DNA of 64,000 bases from Takakia lepidozioides (taxonomy: Eukaryota; Plantae; Bryophyta), in assembly GCA_030704615.1 (NCBI GenBank), contig CM060732.1:4464001-4528000 (forward strand), in the 5' to 3' direction. Below, in pieces: positions 51,991-61,562 of this stretch (the first letter of the stretch is position 1; the number at the start of each line of letters is the position of its first letter). The position numbers and the translations under genes were made by a program. A model generated the notes under the pieces. It ran no database searches, was not told the origin of the DNA, and saw only the letters and a program-made list of their open reading frames with translations.

Positions 51991-53499
51991 CGCTCTGGCA
52001 GTTTAGCCATTTCTCCAAGGGGTTTAGCCACGCCAAGCTAGGGTTTGTGTCTCTTGGACTCTAGGCTTCTTTCCACCGAGCTATGGTGGCTGTGAGGAAA
52101 TCAGCAAGGTATCCTTGCTCTTTCGGCTCCCACACACCACCATAGTAGCCCTAAGCCATGAGGTGGTTGCCACAAACCAAGCCTTCTTTCTCACTTAGCC
52201 TCCCCAAACACGCCACTAAACTCAATGGCAAACAACCAAGCCCTGCTGGTTCCCAGCCCTTGTGAGCACTCATTCAAGCACTCTCCTTGGCCATAGCATC
52301 TGTCTTAGAGCCTATTCCAGCCCCCTACACCTGTTGCTTCAAGAGTTGCGCTCCCTTCAAGCTTGAAGTTGAAACCCCAACTCACATAGGCCCTACAAGT
52401 GCTTTTCTTTCACTCCAAGTGGAAACCAGCCCTAGACCTTCCGTTCTAGCTCTCTAAAGCTTGAAAACAAGAGCCTCAATGGGCTGAAGGCATGCTCCAC
52501 ACATGCCCCACTCTCACCATAAGAGAATCAGCTCCTTTGCTTCATTTCTTGCACCCACAAACCTGAAAATACAAGCTTCAGCAGGCTGAAAGCATGCTCC
52601 ACATGCCCTACAGGGAAACCAGCCCCTTCCTTCCTTTCTTGCACTCCCACACCTGAAAGTGCAAGCCTTCACCAGGCTGATAGCATGCTCCACACATGCA
52701 TTGCCCTCACATAAGGGAAGTCAGCCCTTCCCTCTTCCTTGCTTGCCCTCCAAGCTTGAAGATGGAAGCTTCAATGAGCTGAATACATGCTCCACACATG
52801 CAACCTCTTCACACAAGAGATATCAGCCCCCTATCTTGGCTCCTTGGCTCCTTGATGCTCTCTAAGACAAGACTAAGCACTCCATAGCCTTTGCCAAGCT
52901 CCTGAAACCCTAAGGCTTACATTTCCAGCCACAAGACACTTCTCTTGTGGTGCAAGAGCTCTTCTTCCAAGCTCTGAAACCCTAGGTGCACATTCCATGG
53001 CCTTGCCGCACCTCTTAGCTCCTGTTCCAGCCCTGCTCTGCCATGACAAGAGCCCTCTCAATGCTGAAGCTCGAGATTGAAACCCAATCTCACCATACTC
53101 CACAAAGTGCACTGATTTGCCCCAAGCCAAATCAGCCCTTTCGCTTGGTCTTGCAATCCTTCACACAATGAAAGCTCGCATTCCCAAGTCCAGTTCTCAG
53201 CTTTGCCACCAAAGCCACTATAACCTGCTCTTGACTGGTCCTCTTCCCAATCGTGCTTGCTCATGCATGTACACAATCTGAAACCATCAAGGTGCTCTGG
53301 AATTACCTACAGTATGGTGCTTTCATCTCTGAAGCTGAAGATCGAATGCCAAGGTTTACCACCTCGTAACCCACATCGCCTCCGCTTCTAACAACCAAGA
53401 GCTCCACGGTGCTCCTTGCATAACAACTTGGTTTCTCTCATTCTCAAGCAAAAACCACAAGTGCTACAACTAACTCGTATCTAGCACTCATAGATACGA

Positions 53500-53515
53500 G
53501 CTCATCTTTCTCGAG
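53500..53515 (-). promoter_or_regulatory. Non-tRNA primer-binding site complementary to the LTR (putative self-priming)
   Basis: gctcatctttctcgag abuts B' and is the exact reverse complement of ctcgagaaagatgagc at 53681-53696. Confidence 0.75.
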
Positions 53516-56500
53516 TGATAAAGAAGAAGAATACAAGCACAAGCTCATGCGAGCTCACAAAGCTGAAGCATAAACTCATGCATATATAACCTCATCACTC
53601 AAATACAAGTCAAGCCAAGTGCACCCCACGCCATGGGGAATCCACACTACGGCGCCATAGCTAGGCGCGGTGAGGCTCAACTCGAGAAAGATGAGCCTCC
53701 CGCGCTTGCCGTGAAGATAACCACTCCAGGGCCTAAATCTGCCTTGACCCCTGGATTGACACTTGGGCCAATCCCAAATGTCAATATGTAAAAGCTAGCT
53801 ATTTCCTAGCTAGTTTCACACTAGTGGTAAAATAACTTGACACTTCTGTGTAAGTCCAAGGTATGGGTATGGAACACCTTTTGTGGTCAAGCTTTTGCCG
53901 AGTTGAAGCAGCGGATGGCGGAAGCTCCAGTCTTGAAAATCCCGGAGATCGACCGTCCATTTGAGATCCATACAGATGCGTCGGACTTCGCAATTAGGGG
54001 TGTACTCATACAGGATGGACGTCCAGTGGCTTACGAAAGTAAGAAACTGAATGAAGTGCAGCAACGGTGCCCAAGGCACGAGAAAGAGATGAAGGTAGTG
54101 GTGCATTGCCTTGGGCTTTGGCGCCACTATGTTGGTTCCAACCTGGTGAAGGTGTTCACGGACAATGTCACGGTGAAGTATTTAGTACAAACCGGGACGG
54201 GACAATGTGATGGCCGATGCTTTAAGTAGAAAGCAATAGCTCATGTTGGTGTACAGGGCGAGAATGCGCTCCAAAGGAAGATCCGGAAGGCTTACCAGAA
54301 CGATGAGATGGTGAAGTCCGTCATGCGGGACTTGAGGATGGGGGTTAAATCGCAGTTCCACTTGCAAAATTGACTCCTCCGGTACAAGCAAAAACTTCTC
54401 TACGTGCCGAAGGGAATGATCAGAGATAGTCTCTTGAGAGAATGCCATGATGGCCCGCTTGCGGGCCACGACGGAGCCAAGCGCACGCGGCGCTCTTGAA
54501 GAAAGAGTATTTCTGGCCCAAACTAAGGGAGGAGGCCAAGGAGTATGTTAAGATATGTACCACATGCCAACAAAACCGGAGCGAGTACAAAAAGTAAGCG
54601 GGGCTGTTACAACCCTTGCCGATTCCAGAGGGGTCTTGGGAAAGTGTCTCGATGGATTTCATGACTACTATGCCGCTGTCAAAAGGATTCGATGCAAGCA
54701 TGGTGCTGGTGGATAGGTTCAGTAAAATGGGCCATTTCATCCCCACCAAGGAGATGGCAACGGCGCAGGAGACGGGACGACTTTACTTCGCCCACGTCTT
54801 CAAGCATCATGGACTCCCGAAGGATATTGTCTCGGACCGCGATCCAAAGTTTACAAGTAAATTTTGGAGGGCACTTTGAAAGAAAATGGGGACGAGGCTC
54901 AAGATGAGCACTGCCTTCCGACCTACGACGGACGGCCAAATGGAAAGAGTGAATTCCGTGGTGAAGCAGATCTTGCGGAATTATGTGTCAGCAGACCAAT
55001 CAGACTGGGTGGAGCACTTGGATGCGGCAGAGTTTTGTTATAATAACACAAAACACTCCGCAACGGGAGTTTCCCCTTTCGTATTGGTCTATTGAAAAAG
55101 CACCTCTGGTGCCGACAAGTTGGGCCGCCCAGGACGTTGAGGAACCGGCAGCAGCGGCGGTGCTAGAAGCCCACGAACGTTTGTTGGAGCTCGCAAAGTA
55201 CAACATTGCCAAAGCTAGGAAACGGTATGAACGACAGGCGAATCGAAAGCAGAGGGAAGTTAAGTTTGAGGCAGGCACAGAGGTCTGGTTGAACATCAAG
55301 AATTTTTGACTACCTCCGGAAGTGAATCCGAAGTTCGTACCTCCGTATGCGGGGTCTTTTCGCATCCGGAAGGTTATAAATGAGGATGTCTATGAATTGG
55401 AGCTACCGGCAAACAACAAGGTGCATCTGGTATTCCACGTCTCCCTTTTGAAGCTTTACTTCAAAGATGAAGCGCGTCCGAATCGGCATCAAGTGTTGTG
55501 TCCGCCACCTGTGCTGTTGGATCATGAAAATGAACCTGAGTACGAGGTGGAGGCAGTGCTTAAGTCGAGGAGGTTCAAGAATCGAGAAACGGAGTATCTC
55601 GTGAAATGGAAGGGCTATCATCAAGTGGAGGCAACTTGGGTGCGTGCCTAAAAAATGGGAAACGCATCTGAGGCGGTTGCAGCTTTCGAAGGGCGACCTC
55701 AAAAGCGGAAGAAGCGTTGATGGGGACAACAACCTTGGAGCGTGGAGGAGGAAATGCATGCTTAGTCTTAGTCCGGCTTAGCTAGCTCAGGAATCCGATT
55801 GCAAAAACTTGTGTTGCACAAATTTTGTTTATAAATGAAATGGTTTCCAAATGTTGTGCGTCCTATTTTGTTGGAATGGTGATAATGGTGGGCTAGTGTG
55901 TAGAATGCATGCTAGCTTACAAAAGTGGGAGAGGTAAATTGGATTAATTGCGTGTTTGCGTAGTGCCAAAATCGAGTGACTCCCATCGAAAGGGCAAGGA
56001 AACTTTCGCCTTCTTTGGGAGTTCACGTGCTAGTGCGCACCTAGCGCGTGCGCGTACTATAACTGCACTACCGAGGGGGTTGCCTTGTAGTGCGGGCTAA
56101 CGCGGAAGCTACGTGCTTCCGTTCACGTACTATAATTGTGTAGCCTCGGGACGAAGTCGTAGTGCGGCTTCGGCGTGTTCCCGTACCTCAGGCAAGCATT
56201 CCAAGGCGGACCCAATTGTAGATTGGGGCGCACGATTGGTTCAAGTTTATCTTCCTAGTCGAAAAGGGTTCAAGGTGAACCCTTGCTCAAGGTGATGCCA
56301 AAAGCGGCATCATGAGCGCGCAAAGCGCGTTGCAGTAAGACGATTCGATCCTCGGGGAGGATCTTTCCGTGGCCTTGAAGTGGGCCAAGAAGAGTGCACT
56401 GGGAGAAGTTTGAGAGGCTCCACCCTTGGCCGGGACTTGGGAGAAGTTGGCCGAACTAGCTAGTGGAGAGTAGAGTCAAGTGGGGGTTTGGTTCTTTCCA

Positions 56501-57290
56501 TGGGACGCCATCCCGGTGGATGTCTTTTCTTTGGACACGACAAAACATCGACTCCCTGTTGGCAGGGGTGTGTGTCGCGGCCCTTTGCCTTGAGGGCAGG
56601 GGGTCGGGACACAACTGCCCCTATGCTGGGGACAGTGGCAATAAAGGGAACGGGGGCTGAAGCACCCTTGAGTGCCCAAGGCACTAAAGGAGGCGGAGGC
56701 GCTCACTAGGTGGAGCCCCGCACACGGTGCGGTGGGGGTGGTTCCACGAGGGTGGTGGTAGCTTAGTGGGTCTTAGTGGGGGTGGCATAGGACTCACCAT
56801 GGGGCAGAAACCTTGTGGTGGGAGTCGTGGGGAGTCTTGGGACTCATTACGGCCCAATGGGGCCGTGGTGGGTGGGCCAAGACTCACCGCGACTCATCAC
56901 CGGGAGTCGAGGGTTTTCGTGGTCCACGGTTTGCCATAAAATGGCAGGGTTGTTTGTGAAACCCCCGCGGACAGTCATAGAAGTATATATAGGGAGTAGT
57001 AACCCGAGAACGATGCAAGCCCGTTGGTGACAAAAAACTAGTGAGTAAGTGTGCGAAACGGAAATCGACCAAGGTGTGGGAGCTGTTCCGGACTGCCATC
57101 GACCAAAGGGAATTTCCACTTGGCCCCAAATTGAGAGAGGGTCTCGTGGAGGAGTCAAGGGGGACCGTTATGTCCCGGTGAGCAGCCGAAGTTCCGAGTT
57201 GGCCCGGCGGCCAGTTTGGGAGTTAGGCGCGAGCATCAAAGGGAGTAACTATGACTTGAAGGGGAGCTTACCGAAGTGAGGTGCGCGACA

Positions 57291-59640
57291 CCTGTGCTGC
57301 TGCTCCTCATCCTGCACAAGCGCTATGGAAACATCATCTTGTGGTTTCCTTGTAGCTAGTGGATCTGCCACTACGGTCGCATCCCGCTTCTGTCTCTTGG
57401 ACTGGTGCTGCCCCTCCAATCCCCCTTCACCTTGTGAAGAGCCCTGCTCCTCAACTGCAGTTGTGGCTGTCTCAAACACTCCCATCTCCTTGCGTTCTCG
57501 CGCATCAAGCAAACAAGAGTCAAAGATAATTTGCGTAATTATTGGGCCAGACACAATGATCAGGGACTTAGCAGTAGTATTTTGTAACCGCTTCATCTCC
57601 TCCACCAGACCATTGTACTTCATCTCCGCCCAAGCTACATCCAGTCCTCTCAAGGCTTTCAGTACCTCCTCCGTGAAAGATATACTAAGGTACTGTTGAT
57701 TCTGTTTCATGGCAAATAGAACGTTCAGTATTTGGCCAACTTCCCTTAACCCTGGGTACTCGGCCTTGGTGCAGGTGTATCCCTGGGTCCTAAAGAAACT
57801 CGTTTCTTGGAACAAATCCCCTATTTGCAATCTTGCCCTGTGCTCATCCACATTCACCAACGACGCTACCGCGTGAGCCTGTGAGCGTACGCTCACACAA
57901 TGGTGATGTGGCGTGAGCCTACGCTCACAGCGTTGACGTGGTGCTGGTGCTGATGTGGCGTGAGCCCACCCAAGGTTGTGCCACATCACCACAAAGATGG
58001 TGGGCCTATAACCGTGGGATCTCACCATCTGAATGTGAGATGGGTTAAGGGTTTAGGGCGTCCGCAGAGATTAACCTTGTGTTAACACGAGGTTGATTTC
58101 AGAGAACTTGAAATGAACCTTGTATTAACACGAGGTTGATTTCCTAGAACTTGAAATGAACCTTGTATTAACACGCGGTTGATTTCCTAGAACTGATATC
58201 AACCTTGTGTTAACACGAGGTTGATTTGAAGTTCTCGAAATCAACCTTGTATTTAACACGAGGTTGATTTCCGAGAATGTTCATTTGAATGTGACTTGAT
58301 GTGTTCGCAAATGAACAAATGAGTTTGAGGAACGAATGCAACAAATGGTAGACGCACGCACAACACAATTGATGACGTGACATACACCGACAGACATACG
58401 ACTTCATTTTATTTTTTATTTTTTATTTCTCCCTGGGGGTGATGCAAATCAACCTTGCGTTGACGCAACCTTGATTTGAGAAATGAAAGCATCATTTTTT
58501 GATTTTTTGATTTTTGATTTTTGATTTTATTTTCCTCCCTGGGGGGTGATGCAAATCAACTTTGCGTTGACGCAACCTTGATTTGAGAATGAAAGCATCA
58601 TTTTTTGAAGATTTGTTTTTTTCTTCCTCCTTAGGGAGTGATGCAAATCAACCTTGCGTTGACGCAACCTTGATTTGAGAAATGAAAGTGTTTTTTTTTT
58701 TTTTTTTTTTTTTTTTTGGCTGGGAGGGTGATGCAAATCAACCTTGCGTTGATGCAACCTTGATTTGAGAAATGAAAGCATTCTTTTTTTAGGACTGTTT
58801 TTTGCATTTTGTATGGTTGCTGGCCCTGTTGTTCTTCGTTTCGTGTCTTGCATTGCAAGTCTTGCCAACCTGTTCTGCACCATGTTTTTTCATAAACCGC
58901 AAAGACGCTTTAGGGATTTCCTGGTGTTTGTCTGGGGAACATCTATCAATGAAAAGTGGATGTGAATTGGGGGGACGGAACTTCGTTAGAACAAACTCAT
59001 TCTTCTTCGTGTTCATTACGCAACATGACATTGTACTCTCTGAAATATCTTGTGCCCGTGGACAAAAATCATCCACAAACCACCCGTGATTTATCATCCG
59101 ATTAAGATTTGGATGAGGGATGAGACTTCTCGGAAATTAATGTTGGCAAATCTGGGGCGTGGTAGTCGCCTATAGTTCCGCGGAAATAGGTGGCATCCGC
59201 GGAATTAGGTCCTGCACGTGGGAAACCTTGCTGACGTGGCGTGAGCCTGGCTGGGCTCACACGCTCACAGGCTCACGCGCAAGCATTCCCCCCACATTCA
59301 CCTGACCAGATGGCAATTCGAACAGTTGTTGCAAGTACTGTGGAGTACTCTCTATATCCTCTCCCTTCACCTGAGTAACTCATGTCCGAGACTCAAAGTT
59401 ATGAATAAATTGGATCACAACCCCCGATGATGCAAAGACCACTCTTTGCGTAGCAGAGAGAATGTACTTTCAACCCGTCCGTCCTTGCGCCACTGCGTAA
59501 GAAGTAAAGCTAGCGTATAGTCTGTGATATCCGCCATAGCTACAAAGCTATAGCTTTGATTGCCCCTCCCGTCGAGACGCTGGTTATTCGGAGCAACCCC
59601 TACTCTTCCGCTCAGTGTAAGGTCAAAGGGTCGCTCCATC
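57291..59640 (-). pseudogene. Intronless TE-accessory-like ORF of unknown function, interrupted by two insertions
   Basis: Removing 57859-59291 plus one direct repeat joins ..LFELPSGQVNV|DEHRARLQIGDLF.. in frame. The ORF is cut at 57290 by the chromovirus LTR. Confidence 0.5.
57859..59291. mobile_element. Non-autonomous DNA transposon (MULE-like) with a 9-11 bp TSD and imperfect termini
   Basis: Direct repeat ccacattcacc at 57848-57858 and 59292-59302. Subterminal inverted cgcgtgagcctgtgagcg / cgctcacaggctcacgcg. Internal ~39 bp and ~100 bp tandem repeats. Confidence 0.8.
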
Positions 59641-59866
59641 TAGGGACCATCAGTCAGTGTAGGCTTGCCTACATTAAATTGGTCTTCTCTCTCGGGATTT
59701 GTCCCAGTACTTAGTTTTTCAAAATCCCACTTGGTGGATGTATGGCTCCATTTACACTGATTACGGTGTGTGTGCCTTATGGCTTAATCGGGGTTTTAAT
59801 TTTTTTCCCCTCAATAACTTATGAATAAAATTAATTAGGGCAATAAACCATGTTCACCAAAAAATG

Positions 59867-59869
<3 letters not shown>

Positions 59870-59901
<32 letters not shown>
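59870..59901. repeat. (TA)n microsatellite
   Basis: Run of tatata. Confidence 0.95.
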
Positions 59902-59903
<2 letters not shown>

Positions 59904-60094
59904 CATTTTCCCATGAAAGCCCACTTTTCTAGTTTTCGTGAATTTCCAACGACCCAAAGTACTCAAAATTCCATATCTCCCACACCGCAGGTCCAAAAAT
60001 CATGAGACCAAGCTGGTGCACCCCTCCCCTCCTCGTCAAGGGCTTTCCAACGATACAAGCACCAAGGCTGGGTCCCCGCGGTTCGGGAGATCTC

Positions 60095-61562
60095 AACGAC
60101 GCAATGTTGTGAGCCCCGCGTGCGAGCGTGTGAGAACACGCTCACACAACAGTGATGTGGCGTGAGCCTACGCTCACAGCAACGTACGTGGCGTGAGCGC
60201 AAGGTCATGCCATATGGCGTGAGCATGCTGAGGTGGAGCGGGTATGCTGACATGGCACTGTGACTGACATCACCACGTCATCAGGAACATGTGGCGCCTA
60301 TAACCGAGGGTCCTATAACTGCAGGTCTTCAACACAAGGGAGGAATTAAACCCTAAACCCTAAGCCCTAAACCGCAAATCCTAACCCTAAATCATAATTC
60401 CTAAACTCCATCTAGCAGAAGTGATGGTTGTCAACGATCATCACAACTACCCAAATGCCAAAACAGAGCAGAAGTGATGATCATCGACGATCATCACTTC
60501 AGTTTTTTTTTTTTTTTTTTTTTTGGATTTTTTCCCAAAAAAAAAAACCTGCTCTGTTCTGCTCTGTTTTGGCATTTGGGTAGTTGTGATGATCGTCGAC
60601 GATCATCACCTCTGCTAAATGGAATTTAGGGTTATGATTTAGGGTTAGGGTTTTAGATTTGAACATGATTGAACATGATTGAACACACATTTCGATGCCA
60701 TGGTAATCGCGAAGCCTACCTCGCGCCGTCTCTCCTCCATCTCTGTCACGCTCGCCATCACCCCTCCCTCCCTGCCTGTCCACCTCCCTGCCTATATCGG
60801 TTTGTTTCCCTCTACGATTACATATACATATTGAGATTATGTATGTATATCTACCACAAATACATACGTACATACGTACACGAGCTGGACACATTCATCT
60901 ATGCAGAGGACTATGCATCTTGATCCACAAACATTCATTCATAAGAAGTGCATTCGCTTGTATCAAGACAAACTGATACATTGACTTTCTTCCCGACCAT
61001 CCTAAAGAATGTTTCATTCAAACACAACGATTTTCAAACATGCAAGGGCTTAATATGTAGACCATATCTAAATCAGTCTATTCCATTTGGGCAATTTACG
61101 TAGGAAAGCCTTTATTCAGCTCCCGCTAACTTTGAGGGTTGGGGATCTGCACTAGGAACTGCTACTACACCTTATTATCGACTGATACAAAAGCTTGTTG
61201 TAACTAGCATGCTCATTCTTCCTTTCATGGGAGGGATAAAGGTCTCACTTCGGCAATCGCACACTTATCAAATCACAGTTTATGACACGAGGGCAGGCGG
61301 TGGGATTGATGTTAAAGATGTAGTCCGCAATGACTGGAAAGGGTAAATCATTCCGCAGAAATAGGCACCTACCTCACGCCTCTGGGCTCACGATCTAGCA
61401 CTCCCCCCTTCCGCCTATTCTATCCGTGGTTACAGGTATGTGCCTATGGAAATGACGTGGCGTGACGTGGCGTGACACCCGTGAACCAACGTGGCGAGAA
61501 CTGCTGACGTGGCGTGAGCCTGACTGCGCTCACGCAGCCAAGCTCACGCGAAGGCATCCCCC
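60095..61562. mobile_element. Second member of the AACGACGC...GCAT(T)CCC family with GCGTGAGC subterminal repeats
   Basis: Starts aacgacgc and shares acgctcacacaa..gtgatgtggcgtgagcctacgctcacagc. Ends gctcacgcg..gcatcccc like the 57859-59291 element. The interior is unrelated and no clear TSD was found. Confidence 0.6.

Larger units (their letters stand above)
42442..53842 (-). mobile_element. Ty3/gypsy LTR retrotransposon encoding GAG-PR-DNMT-RT-RH-IN-PHD with split/permuted LTRs
   Basis: Termini are TGTC...GACA with a probable 4-bp TSD TTTC/CTTC (1 mismatch) in the host RT/RH coding region (GPLSD|LLCK). Repeat blocks: A 42442-42629, B 42631-42955, A' 42958-43133, B' 53516-53842. PPT-like AGGGGGCGA sits next to A'. 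Confidence 0.93.
31662..57290 (+). mobile_element. Ty3/gypsy chromovirus (outer copy) interrupted by three nested insertions
   Basis: Truncated 5' LTR 31662-32105 followed by PBS TGGTATCAGAGC (tRNA-iMet). Gag/PR/RT 39183-41164 (FLVDTGASH), RT/RH 42017-42441 (VYIDD), RH/IN/chromodomain 53843-55720. PPT followed by 3' LTR 56573-57290 (TGTCGC..GCGACA). Many stops. Confidence 0.93.

Noticed and set aside
50796-52064. Long plus-strand ORFs (422, 353 and 290 aa)
   Set aside because: They are open in all three frames because the TCACAG repeat lacks stop codons. They are low-complexity artefacts.
42442-53842. DIRS/Ngaro tyrosine-recombinase element (suggested by the split repeats)
   Set aside because: It encodes an aspartic protease and an HHCC plus DDE integrase, with TG..CA ends and a probable TSD. 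No tyrosine recombinase motif was seen.
60347-60400. True telomere or interstitial telomeric array
   Set aside because: Only a few degenerate units are present, inside a TE-borne hairpin.
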